A stretch of 64,000 nucleotides of DNA from an uncultured Actinomycetes bacterium (lineage in GTDB: Bacteria > Actinomycetota > Thermoleophilia > Solirubrobacterales > Solirubrobacteraceae). Positions 45,944 through 55,494 of the stretch are shown one piece after another. The stretch lies in the NCBI GenBank assembly GCA_963742125.1, contig CAVUKO010000009.1, positions 87,328-151,327 on the forward strand, in the 5' to 3' direction. Numbering within the stretch: the stretch's first letter is position 1; the number at the start of each line of letters is the position of its first letter. The position numbers and the translations under genes are program-made. The notes below the pieces were generated by a model. The model saw only the letters and a program-made list of their open reading frames with translations, made no database searches and was not told where the DNA came from.

Positions 45944-46555
45944 ATGATCCCGCCCATGGCGGCCTCCCGGGCATCTCGCCGCGCGCGCCGGGCCCTCGTG
46001 GCGGGCGGCGCCGCCGCGCTCGTGCTCGCCTCCGCCGCACCTGCGGCCGAGACGCCGTCGCCCACCGTGGTCAAGGATCCCAAGGACGCCGTCGCCGGCG
46101 CGCCCGACCTCACCCGGGCGCAGCTGGGGCTGGCCTCCGACCGGCGCGTGCGGATCGCGCTGACCCTGGCCGCGCCCTGGCAGCCCAAGGACCTGGTGGC
46201 GTCAGAGGGGCCGCCGGGCTCGTTGTGCGTGCGCCTGTGGACGGTGACCAAGCCCGGCGCCACGCCTCCGGACTACCTCGTGTGCGCGACGGCGCGCGCC
46301 GACGGCGAGACCATGCGCGGGACCGTGTTCAAGACCCAGCCGGGCGAGGAGCTGGCCAGGGCGGGAGCGGCGATCGTCGGGCGCACCAGCGACCGCACGA
46401 TGACCCTGCGCTTCTCCCAGACCCTCGTCGGACGACCCAAGACGATCGACTTCATCGCCGAGGTGACCAAGCCCGGATGCACGCGCGTGTCGTGCGTCGA
46501 CACGGCACCCGAAGCGCCCAAGACGGCCACCTTCCGTATCCGAGGAAGCTCCTAG
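45944..46555 (+). CDS. secreted hypothetical protein
   Basis: Arg-rich N-region plus hydrophobic signal, with paired Cys residues. No known motif. Confidence 0.5.
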   Translation: MIPPMAASRASRRARRALVAGGAAALVLASAAPAAETPSPTVVKDPKDAVAGAPDLTRAQLGLASDRRVRIALTLAAPWQPKDLVASEGPPGSLCVRLWTVTKPGATPPDYLVCATARADGETMRGTVFKTQPGEELARAGAAIVGRTSDRTMTLRFSQTLVGRPKTIDFIAEVTKPGCTRVSCVDTAPEAPKTATFRIRGSS

Positions 46556-46598
46556 GCAAGCCCGCAAGGGCGAAACCCCAGCATTGCGAGCGTGTTCC

Positions 46599-47291
46599 AT
46601 GGCCCTGATGTCACGACTACCCCTTCTTGCGGTCGCCGGCGCTGCCTGCGCGGCGCTCGCGCTCCCCGCCTACTCCTCCGCTGAGATCATCGAGATCGGC
46701 AAGGTCGATCCGGCCCCGGTGCCGAGCTGCCCGACGCGCCCGTGCCTGGCCGTCAGCCGCACGACCGGCTACCAGGCCAAGATCGGCCCGACGCGCGGCG
46801 TCATGACGATCCCCAAGGACGGCAGCATCGTCGCCTGGACGATCGGGCTCGGCAAGCCCGGCAAGAAGCAGACGACCTTCTTCAACGACAAGCTGGGCGG
46901 CGAGTCCCAGGCGCAGATCACGATCCTCAACCCGCGCCGCAAGCTGCGCTCGCGCGCCGTCGGCCAGGGCGACCTGCAGAAGCTCACGCCCTTCTTCGGC
47001 ACCACCGTCCAGTTCCCGCTCGCCAAGTCGATCCCGGTCAAGAAGGGCTGGCTCGTCGCGCTCACGGTGCCCACCTGGGCGCCCGCGCTGGCCGTCGGCC
47101 TCGGGGCCGACACCTCGTGGCGCGCGAGCCGCGGCAAGGGCACGTGCGAGGACACCTCGACCAACACCGTGCAGACGCAGCCCAACCAGCTCGCGCAGTA
47201 CTACTGCCTGTACAAGACCGCGCGCCTGGCCTACTCGGCGACGCTGGTCACCGCGCCGGCCCCGGCGCCGGCCACGCCACCCGCTGCGTAA
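46599..47291 (+). CDS. secreted hypothetical protein
   Basis: Signal peptide MALMSRLPLLAVAGAACAALALPAYS, several Cys residues and a Pro/Ala tail. Confidence 0.5.
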   Translation: MALMSRLPLLAVAGAACAALALPAYSSAEIIEIGKVDPAPVPSCPTRPCLAVSRTTGYQAKIGPTRGVMTIPKDGSIVAWTIGLGKPGKKQTTFFNDKLGGESQAQITILNPRRKLRSRAVGQGDLQKLTPFFGTTVQFPLAKSIPVKKGWLVALTVPTWAPALAVGLGADTSWRASRGKGTCEDTSTNTVQTQPNQLAQYYCLYKTARLAYSATLVTAPAPAPATPPAA

Positions 47292-47294
47292 GCC

Positions 47295-47930
47295 CTACGG
47301 AGCCAGCCGCTCGATCCGCCACCCGTCGCCGTCGCGCTCGTAGCGCAGGCGATCGTGGAGGCGGCCTGCGCGGCCCTGCCAGAGCTCGACGCGCTCGGGG
47401 CGCACGAGGAAGCCGCCCCAGTGCGGCGGACGGGGGACCTCGGCGTCGGCGAAGCGCCGGTCGACGTCGGCGAACGCGCGCTCGAGGTCGTCGCGGGCGT
47501 CGATCACCTCGCTCTGCGGTGACGCCCAGGCGCTGATGCGCGCCGCGCGCGGGCGCGCGGCGAAGTAGGCGTCGCTCTCGGCCTCCGACAGGCGCTCCGC
47601 CGTACCCTCGACGCGGACCGAGCGATGGATCTCCAGCCAGCCGAAGGTCAGCGCCGCGTAGGGGTGGGCCGCCAAAGCGCGCCCCTTGGCCGAGTCGTAG
47701 TTGGTGTAGAAGGAGAAGCCGCGCTCGTCGAGCCCGCGCAGCAGGACGAAGCGCGCGGCCGGACGCCCGTCGCCGTCGACCGTCGACACCGTCATCGCCT
47801 CGGGCTCGTAGATCCCGGCTTCGCGGGCGGCGGCGAGCCAGGCGCGGAACTGGTCGATGGGGTCGGGGGCCACGTCGGCGCGATCGAGGTGCAGGCCCTC
47901 GTAGTCGCGGTGTACGCCCCCGAGGCCCAC
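47295..47930 (-). CDS. pdxH: pyridoxamine 5'-phosphate oxidase
   Basis: RFVLLRG...FSFYTNYDSAKG and HWGGF...VELWQG motifs. Confidence 0.85.
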   Translation of the reverse strand: MGLGGVHRDYEGLHLDRADVAPDPIDQFRAWLAAAREAGIYEPEAMTVSTVDGDGRPAARFVLLRGLDERGFSFYTNYDSAKGRALAAHPYAALTFGWLEIHRSVRVEGTAERLSEAESDAYFAARPRAARISAWASPQSEVIDARDDLERAFADVDRRFADAEVPRPPHWGGFLVRPERVELWQGRAGRLHDRLRYERDGDGWRIERLAP

Positions 47931-48349
47931 TAACAGGCGCCCGGGTTGTCCTTGCAGAACTGGCTGAACTCGCCGGGCGAGACGCCCCCGGTGCCGCCGC
48001 TCGTGCTGGTCCCCGTGCCGCCGGTGCCACCCGTGGTGCCGGTCCCTGTGCCGCCCGTCCCGCTCTGCGCGGGCGGTGGCGTCGTCGCCTGGCCGGTCGT
48101 GGTGCCCGACGGAGCCTGGCCCTGCGTCTGGGTCTGATCGGTCGACGTGGTGTCCGTCTGGTCGGTGGAGGTGGTGTCGCTCGATGTGCTCGACGTGCCC
48201 GTCGAGGTCTGGGCGAGCGCGTCGGAGCCCGGCGGTGGGGTGAGCTCGGGCAGCGCCGAGGGCACGGCGTCATGAGCGGCGTCGTCGCTGCCGCAGGCGC
48301 TCAGGCCCAGGCACGCGACGGCGAGAAGGGCGACCACGTACGTACGCAT
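47930..48349 (-). CDS. low-complexity Ser/Thr/Gly-rich lipoprotein
   Basis: ATG 48349, lipobox LGLSACG, T/S/G/Q low-complexity region and a C-terminal Cys pair. Confidence 0.5.
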   Translation of the reverse strand: MRTYVVALLAVACLGLSACGSDDAAHDAVPSALPELTPPPGSDALAQTSTGTSSTSSDTTSTDQTDTTSTDQTQTQGQAPSGTTTGQATTPPPAQSGTGGTGTGTTGGTGGTGTSTSGGTGGVSPGEFSQFCKDNPGAC

Positions 48350-48371
48350 GTGAAGAGAGGGTAGAGGCGTT

Positions 48372-48641
48372 CTAGGACGCCAGCGGCGCCATGCGCCGCC
48401 CGCAGGTGGGGCAGTCGTTGAGATCGCGCTGCGCGAGCTGGTCGCACCAGGTGCAGAACCGCAGGTTCTCGACGGCCCACGGCAGGTTCGACGCCGAGGG
48501 CGGAAGCGGCACCACGATGCCCACGACCTCGAGCTCCTCGCCGGTCTCACGGTCGGTGTAGACCTTGCCGGGCTCGGCCTCGATGACGATCTCCCGGCCC
48601 GTGGAAGGGGTACGCAGGCGATACCGCGGGCGGCCGACCAT
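48372..48641 (-). CDS. hypothetical small protein with C-terminal zinc ribbon
   Basis: 89 aa with CTWC...CPTC. Confidence 0.5.
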   Translation of the reverse strand: MVGRPRYRLRTPSTGREIVIEAEPGKVYTDRETGEELEVVGIVVPLPPSASNLPWAVENLRFCTWCDQLAQRDLNDCPTCGRRMAPLAS

Positions 48642-48670
48642 GCGCGGCAGCCTACTAAGGTCCCCGGCCG

Positions 48671-50194
48671 ATGCGGGTGCTCGTCTTCCACGGCTACCTC
48701 CTACGCGGGACGGGCTCCAACGTCTACAACGCGCGCCTGTGCGCGGCGCTGGCGCGGGCCGGACACAGCGTCGACCTGCTCTGCCAGGAGCCCCGGCCCG
48801 AGGAGCTCGACTTCGTCGACGCCATCGGTCGGTGGGAGGGAGGCGAGGCTCACGTCGAGACGCTGCGCGAGCCGGTGCGCGTGACGGCGTGGCGGCCGGA
48901 CATCGGCGGCCTGCTGCCGATCTACGTCGCCGACCGCTACGAGGGGCTCGAGGCCCGCACGCTGCTGGAGTGCAGCGACGCCGAGGTCGATGCCTACGTG
49001 GCGGCCAACGTCGCCGCCGTGCGCGACGTCTGCGCGCGCGCCCGCCCCGACGTGGCGCTCGCCAACCACCTCGTCATGGGGCCGGCGATCCTGGCCCGCG
49101 GGCTGGGCGGCGACGTGCCCTACGCGGTCAAGGTGCACGGCAGCGCGCTGGAGTACGTCGTCAAGCGCGATCCTGAGCGCTTCCTGCCCTGGGCGCGCGA
49201 GGGCCTGCAAGGCGCGCGCTCGGTCCTCGTCGGCTCGCGCCACACCGGCGAGTCGCTCTTTGAGGCGATGCAGGACCCGGGCCTGCCCGAGCGCACGCGA
49301 CTGGGGCCGCCGGGCGTCGACGTCGACGAGTTCCGCCCGCGCGACGACGCGGCCGCCGGGGTGGCGGCCCTGATCGAGCGGCTGGACGCCAGCGAGGCCG
49401 ACAGCGGCGAGGGCGCCTTCGCCCGCGACGCGGAGGTGGCCGCCGACGCCCTGCGCGGGCTGGACCTCGACCGCGACCGCCACGTGTGCTTCATCGGCAA
49501 GCTCATCGTCTCCAAGGGGATCGACCTCCTGCTCGCGGCCTGGCCGCTGGTCCCCGAGGCGCGCCTGGTCGTCGTCGGCTTCGGCGGCTTCCGCGACGGC
49601 CTCGTGGCGCTGCTCGACGCGCTGGCCGACGGCGACCGCGAAGCGGTCCGCGCCATCGCGCACGCCGGGCGCGAGCTCGAGGGCGGGCCGCGCGCGCCGC
49701 TGCGCCACCTGCTGGCCTTCCTCGACAGCGCCGACGACGACTACTGGGCGGCGGCGGGCGACCTGCGCGAGCGCGTGGTGCTCACCGGGCGCCTGGAGCA
49801 CGACGAGCTGGCGCCGCTGCTGGCCGGCTGCGAGGCGCTCGTCTTCCCCAGCACCTTCCCCGAGGCGTATGGGATGGTGGCGGCCGAGGCGGCGGCCTGT
49901 GGCGTGCTGCCCGTCTCGGCCGGGCACTCCGGCGCGGCGGAGGTCAGCGCGCTGCTGGCGGCGGCGGTGCCGCCGGAGGCGCGCGACTGGCTGTCGTTCG
50001 GAATCGACGACGGCGCGGTGCGCGCGATCGCCGCGCGCGTGCGGGGATGGCTGCAGGCGCCCGACGACGTCCGCGCGCCGACGCGGGCGGCGCTCGTGGC
50101 CACCGCGCGGGAGCGCTTCTCGTGGGAGGGCGTGGCGCGCGGGGTGATCGCCGCGGCGCAGGGTCGCCTGGCGGAGCTGCCGCCCGTAGCCTGA
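48671..50194 (+). CDS. glycosyltransferase family 4 (long form)
   Basis: MRVLVFHGYLLRGTGSNVY N-terminus and an EAYGMVAAEAAACGVLPV (E-x7-E) motif. Confidence 0.8.
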   Translation: MRVLVFHGYLLRGTGSNVYNARLCAALARAGHSVDLLCQEPRPEELDFVDAIGRWEGGEAHVETLREPVRVTAWRPDIGGLLPIYVADRYEGLEARTLLECSDAEVDAYVAANVAAVRDVCARARPDVALANHLVMGPAILARGLGGDVPYAVKVHGSALEYVVKRDPERFLPWAREGLQGARSVLVGSRHTGESLFEAMQDPGLPERTRLGPPGVDVDEFRPRDDAAAGVAALIERLDASEADSGEGAFARDAEVAADALRGLDLDRDRHVCFIGKLIVSKGIDLLLAAWPLVPEARLVVVGFGGFRDGLVALLDALADGDREAVRAIAHAGRELEGGPRAPLRHLLAFLDSADDDYWAAAGDLRERVVLTGRLEHDELAPLLAGCEALVFPSTFPEAYGMVAAEAAACGVLPVSAGHSGAAEVSALLAAAVPPEARDWLSFGIDDGAVRAIAARVRGWLQAPDDVRAPTRAALVATARERFSWEGVARGVIAAAQGRLAELPPVA

Positions 50195-50211
50195 GATAGA
50201 GTGCCGCGCCG

Positions 50212-50940
50212 ATGGGTCCTGTGCTCTCCAGACACGGCCTGCGGGCCGCGTTCGCTGGGCTCGCGGCCGCGGGCGCCGCGCTGGCCCTGAGCGCCTGCTC
50301 GGCGCAGAACGAGGCCGACAACGCCGACCTCATCGCCGGCAAGCAGCTGTTCGTGGCGAAGTGCGGCTCGTGCCACGTCCTCGCCCGCGCCCAGACCAAG
50401 GGCACCACGGGACCGAACCTCGACGAGGCCTTTCAGCAGGCGCTCAAGGACGGCATGAAGCGCTCGGGGATCACCGGCGCCATCCACGGCCAGATCCTGC
50501 ACCCCAACCTCAACGGCGTGATGCCGGCCAAGCTCGTCACCGGCGACAAGGCCTACGACGTTGCGGCCTACGTGGCGCAGTCGGTCGCGGCCGGCGGCAA
50601 GGACACCGGCCTGCTGGCCACGGCGGTCAAGCAGGCGGGCGGCGGCAAGCCGGCGGTGGAGAAGAACGGCAACCTCCAGATCGACGCCGACCCCACCGGC
50701 CAGCTCGCGTTCGTGACCGACACCGCGCAGGGCACACCGGGGAACATCACGGTCAAGATGGGCAACAAGTCGGGCACCCCGCACGACATCGTCATCGACG
50801 GCAAGGGCAAGGGCGAGGTCGTCCAGAACGGCGGGGTCTCGCAGTTCAGCGCCGACTTCGCGGCCGGGAGCTACACGTTCTACTGCTCGGTGCCGGGCCA
50901 TCGCCAGGCAGGCATGCAGGGCAAGCTCACCGTCAAGTAG
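50212..50940 (+). CDS. lipoprotein fusing a cytochrome c domain to a cupredoxin (type-1 copper) domain
   Basis: Lipobox LALSAC, heme motif CGSCH, and copper ligands HD...YCSVPGHRQAGM. Confidence 0.75.
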   Translation: MGPVLSRHGLRAAFAGLAAAGAALALSACSAQNEADNADLIAGKQLFVAKCGSCHVLARAQTKGTTGPNLDEAFQQALKDGMKRSGITGAIHGQILHPNLNGVMPAKLVTGDKAYDVAAYVAQSVAAGGKDTGLLATAVKQAGGGKPAVEKNGNLQIDADPTGQLAFVTDTAQGTPGNITVKMGNKSGTPHDIVIDGKGKGEVVQNGGVSQFSADFAAGSYTFYCSVPGHRQAGMQGKLTVK

Positions 50941-51008
50941 TCCGCTCGGCCCGCATATCCGTTTGACGCACTCAAGCCACCGCTCGTCGCGGCCGACTAG
51001 GACTGGGC

Positions 51009-52348
51009 ATGAGCGCAGCAGCAGCCCAAGGTCTACCCACGCCCGCCCGCGGGCGCGACACGGCGCCCACGCGGGTCTCGACGAGGCCCTGGATCGAGCA
51101 CTGGCTCGAGACCTGCCGCGACCTCTCCGAGCTCAAGGACTCGCACCCGATGATGGATGCGGTCATCGACGAGATCGACGGGCGCATGATCCGCATCGGC
51201 GATCACTGGCTGGCCGACTTCGCGTCCTGCAACTACCTCGGCTTCGATCTCGACCGCGAGATCATCGACGCGATCCCCGCCTACATCGACGCGTGGGGCA
51301 CGCATCCGAGCTGGTCGCGCCTGCTCGGCAGCCCGGTCCTCTACGAGGAGATCGAGGAGCGACTCACGTCGCTGCTCGGCGCCGAGGACGCGCTCGTGCT
51401 GCCGACGATCACCCACATCCACATGTCGGTGATCCCGCTGCTGGCCGCCTCGGGCACCATCTTCCTCGACGCGCGAGCGCACAAGACGATCTACGACGGC
51501 TGCCAGGTGGCGCGTGCGCGCGGCGCGGCGGTCAAGCGCTTTCGCTTCGAGGACCCCGACCACCTCGACGAGCTGCTGCGCGCCGAGCGCGACCGCACGC
51601 GCCTGGTGTGCATGGACGGGGTCAACAGCATGACCGGCAACGCGCCCGACATCCGCGCGTTCGCCGCCGTCGCCCGCGAGCACGGCGCGCTGCTCTACGT
51701 CGATGACGCCCACGGCTTCGGCGTGATCGGCGAGCGCGGCCCGGACGAGTCGTCGCGTCTACGGCAGTCGCGGCAACAGCGTCGTGCGCCACTGCGACGA
51801 GAGCTACGACCACATCGTGCTCGTCGGCGGCTTCTCGAAGGCCTATTCCTCGCTGCTGGCCTTCATCGCGTGCCCCACCGACGTCAAGGACCTGCTCAAG
51901 GTCGCCGCGCCGCCCTATCTGTACTCGGGCCCGTCGCCGGTCGCCTCGCTGGCCACCGTCCTCGCCGGCTTCGACGTCAACGAGACCCGCGGCGACGAGC
52001 TGCGGCGCGTGCTGTGCGAGCGCACCGCGCGCGTGCTCGACTGCCTGGCGCGCCTGCGGCGTCCACACGCCCAACCGCTCGGGCTTCCCGATCGTGGAGA
52101 TCCCGCTGCGCGACCACAACCGCATCGGCGCCGTCGGCCAGATGCTCTTCGATCGCGGCGTCTACGTGACGCTGGCCGCCTACCCGCTGGTCCCCAAGGA
52201 CGAGGTCGGCTTCCGCGTCCAGCTCACCGCCGCCAACACCGACGCGGAGATCGATCTGCTGATCGCCGCGCTCGAGGAGCTGGCCCATCGTGGCGAGCTC
52301 CAGCCCGCCCGCAGCCCCGGAGCGCCATGGCTGGAGGCGGCAGCCTAG
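51009..52348 (+). pseudogene. alpha-oxoamine synthase family PLP enzyme (KBL/BioF/serine palmitoyltransferase-like) with two +1 frameshifts
   Basis: Motifs SCNYLGF, DDAHGFGV and GGFSKAY (PLP Lys). Conserved sequence moves from frame 0 to frame 1 at about 51756 and from frame 1 to frame 2 at about 52057. It ends at TAG 52346-52348. Confidence 0.8.
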
Positions 52349-52350
52349 CC

Positions 52351-55300
52351 ATGCGCAGCCGGGTGGGACTCGGGCGCTTTGCCCTGTGGCAGCTGTATCT
52401 CGGGTTCGGCGCGCTGCTGTGCGCGCTCTACGTGTGGGTGCCGCCGTTCGCGGCCAGCGGACCGGTCTTCAACCTCCTCGGGCTCTCGCCCGTCGTGGCG
52501 ATCGTCGTCGGCATCCGCCGCTACAAGCCGGCGTCGCGCGGCCCGTGGATCTGGTTCGCGGTCGGGATGACGCTGTTCTGGCTCGGCGACCTCTACACCT
52601 ACAGCTACCCGCGGCTCTTCGGCGCCGACGTCCCGTTCCCGTCGCTGGGCGACGGCGCCTACGTGGCCGTCTACCCGGCGCTGATGGCCGGCCTGCTGAT
52701 GCTCATCCGCCGGCGCAACCCGGAGAGCGATCGCGCGGGGGTCATCGACTCCCTCATCATGACGCTGGGGCTCGCGCTGCTGTCATGGGTCGCGCTCATC
52801 GCGCCCTACCTGCACGACGAGTCGATGACGGTGACGGGCAAGCTGGTGTCGATCGCCTACCCGCTCGGCGACATCCTGCTCCTGGCCGCGGCGATCCGCC
52901 TCGCCGTGGACACGGGCAAGCGCCAGCCGGCCTTCTACTTCCTGACCTCGGGGATCGTGGCGCTGCTGGTCACCGACTTCGCCTACGGCGTCGTGACCCT
53001 CAACGGCACCTACCACGGACAGGTCGCGCTCGACGTCGGCTGGATCAGCTTCTATCTGCTGTGGGGCGCCGCCGCCCTGCACCCCTCGATGCGCGAGCTC
53101 GAGCAGCCCGCGCCCGACCGCGTGGCGCGGCTCACGCCGCTGCGACTGACGCTGCTGACGGTGGCGTCGCTGATCGCGCCGGTCGTCGAGGCCACGCAGG
53201 AGCTGCGCCGCGGCAACCTCGACCTCCTCGTCATCATCGCGGCGTCGGTGGTGCTCTTCGGCCTCGTCGTGCTGCGCATGGCGGGCCTCGTCCGCCAGCA
53301 GGAACGCTCGGTGGCGCGCGAGCGCACGCTGAGCGCGGCGGGCGCGTCGCTGGTGGCCGCCACCAGCCGTGCGGAGATCTACCGCGCGGCGCTGAAGGCC
53401 GTCCGTGCCCTCTTCGACGATGGCGCCGCGGCGCGGCTGTGCCTGGTCGAGGACGGCCGGCTCAGCGTCGTCGCCGCCGAGGGGACCCTGGAGCCCGACA
53501 GCGGGGCGTGGCCGCTGGGTGGCGTCACCGCCGCCGAGCTGCTGGCCGAGCCGAGCGGCGGGGTCGTGCTCACGGGCGAGATACGCGAGGACCTGCGCCT
53601 CGGTCCCGAGCACGCCCACGCCCACGTCCTGGGCCTCACGCTGCGCGGCGACGCGCGCGGCCTGCTCGTCGTCACCGGCGCGACGGCGACCTCCCGTGCG
53701 CTGCGCAGCGCGCTGCAGAGCGCATTGCGGGCACTCGCCACGCAGATCTCGCTCGCGCTCGAGAGCGCGGCGCTGACCGAGGAGGTCCACCGGCGCGAGA
53801 GCGAGGCGCGCTTCGGCTCGCTCGTCCAGCATGCCAGCGACCTCATCACCGTGCTCGACGCCGATGCCTCGATCATCTACCAGAGCCCGTCGATCGAGCG
53901 CGTCCTCGGCTACGCCGCCGAGGATGTGATCGGCACCCGCTTCGATCGCCTCCTGGACCCCGACGAGAAGAGCCGCCTGCTGCAGCTGCTGGCCGACGGC
54001 GCCGCGTATGTCGGCAGCGACACCGAGGTCCTGGAATGCTCGCTGCGCCACAGCGACGGGACGCTGCGCCAGTTCGAGGTGCTGCACACCAACCTGCTCG
54101 ACGACGACGCCGTCCGCGGGATCGTCCTCAACAGCCGCGACGTCAGCGAGCGCAAGATCTTCGAGGAGCAGCTCGCCCACCAGGCCTTCCACGACCCCGT
54201 CACCAACCTGGCCAACCGCGCGCTGTTCGTCGAGCGCGTGCGCCATGCCGTCGCGCGCAACCGTCGCGAGCACAACGGCATCGCGGTCATCTTCCTCGAC
54301 CTCGACGACTTCAAGACGATCAACGACAGCCTCGGGCACGCGGCCGGCGACGAGGTGCTCAGGGAGGTCGCCGAGCGCCTGGCGACGAGCATCCGCGCCA
54401 CCGACACCGCGGCGCGCTTCGGCGGCGACGAGTTCGCGGTCCTGCTCGAGGACGTCGTCAGCGCCCAGGAGGCGGCCGACACCGCCGAGCGGATCCTCGA
54501 CGCGCTCCTCGAGCCGCTGTCCCTCGATCACAAGGAGATCGTCGTCCGCACCAGCCTGGGCATCTCGGTCGTCGAAGGCGAGTCGCCCGCCGACGCGGAC
54601 GAGCTCATCCGCAACGCGGACGCCGCGATGTACATCGCCAAGCGCGACGGCAAGGGTGGTTACCGCCTGTTCGAGCCGGCGATGCACGAGGGTGTCCTCG
54701 CGCGCCTGGAGCTGCGCGCCGACCTGCAGCGCGCAATGGTCACCGATCAGCTCGAGCTGCACTACCAGCCGCTGGTCCACCTGGAGGACGGCAGGGTCTC
54801 CGGCCTGGAGGCGCTGCTGCGCTGGCGCCACCCCGAGCGCGGGCTGGTGGGCCCCGACGAGTTCGTGCCGCTCGCCGAGGAGATGGGCCTGATCATCCCG
54901 ATCGGGCGCTGGGTGCTGCGCGAGGGCTGCCGGCAGGCCAAGACGATCCAGGGGCTGGTGCCGCGTGACACGCCGCTGACGATGAGCATCAACCTCTCGG
55001 TCAAGCAGCTACAGCACTCGGACATCGTGGGCGACGTCCGCGAGGCCCTCGAGGACTCCGGCCTGGCGCCCGAGACCCTCACGCTGGAGATCACCGAGAC
55101 GGTGATGATGACCGACACCGACCTCGCGGTACAGCGGCTGGAGGAGCTGCGCGCCCTGGGCGTGCGCCTGGCCATGGACGACTTCGGCACGGGCTACTCG
55201 TCGCTGAGCTACCTCAGCCGCTTCCCGGTCGACATCCTCAAGATGGACCGCTCGTTCCTGGCCGCGGGCGCATCGCCCGAGGCCTCCGGGCTGGCCACCG

Positions 55301-55494
55301 CGGTGGTGGCCCTGGGGCAGACGCTGAACCTCGACGTCGTCGCGGAGGGCATCGAGTTCCCCGAGCAGTGGGCGACCCTGCGCGACCTCGGCTGCGGGCT
55401 CGGGCAGGGCTTCTACTTCGCCCGCCCCATGGACGCCGACACGACGATCGAGTACCTCCGCGCCGAGCACCCCGCAGCGACCGATGCACCTTAG
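52351..55494 (+). CDS. membrane-anchored PAS/GGDEF/EAL signalling protein (c-di-GMP turnover)
   Basis: About 300-aa polytopic N-terminal domain, a PAS-like region, the RFGGDEF motif and the EALLRW / DDFGTGYSS EAL motifs. The alternative start is ATG 52327. Confidence 0.85.
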   Translation: MRSRVGLGRFALWQLYLGFGALLCALYVWVPPFAASGPVFNLLGLSPVVAIVVGIRRYKPASRGPWIWFAVGMTLFWLGDLYTYSYPRLFGADVPFPSLGDGAYVAVYPALMAGLLMLIRRRNPESDRAGVIDSLIMTLGLALLSWVALIAPYLHDESMTVTGKLVSIAYPLGDILLLAAAIRLAVDTGKRQPAFYFLTSGIVALLVTDFAYGVVTLNGTYHGQVALDVGWISFYLLWGAAALHPSMRELEQPAPDRVARLTPLRLTLLTVASLIAPVVEATQELRRGNLDLLVIIAASVVLFGLVVLRMAGLVRQQERSVARERTLSAAGASLVAATSRAEIYRAALKAVRALFDDGAAARLCLVEDGRLSVVAAEGTLEPDSGAWPLGGVTAAELLAEPSGGVVLTGEIREDLRLGPEHAHAHVLGLTLRGDARGLLVVTGATATSRALRSALQSALRALATQISLALESAALTEEVHRRESEARFGSLVQHASDLITVLDADASIIYQSPSIERVLGYAAEDVIGTRFDRLLDPDEKSRLLQLLADGAAYVGSDTEVLECSLRHSDGTLRQFEVLHTNLLDDDAVRGIVLNSRDVSERKIFEEQLAHQAFHDPVTNLANRALFVERVRHAVARNRREHNGIAVIFLDLDDFKTINDSLGHAAGDEVLREVAERLATSIRATDTAARFGGDEFAVLLEDVVSAQEAADTAERILDALLEPLSLDHKEIVVRTSLGISVVEGESPADADELIRNADAAMYIAKRDGKGGYRLFEPAMHEGVLARLELRADLQRAMVTDQLELHYQPLVHLEDGRVSGLEALLRWRHPERGLVGPDEFVPLAEEMGLIIPIGRWVLREGCRQAKTIQGLVPRDTPLTMSINLSVKQLQHSDIVGDVREALEDSGLAPETLTLEITETVMMTDTDLAVQRLEELRALGVRLAMDDFGTGYSSLSYLSRFPVDILKMDRSFLAAGASPEASGLATAVVALGQTLNLDVVAEGIEFPEQWATLRDLGCGLGQGFYFARPMDADTTIEYLRAEHPAATDAP

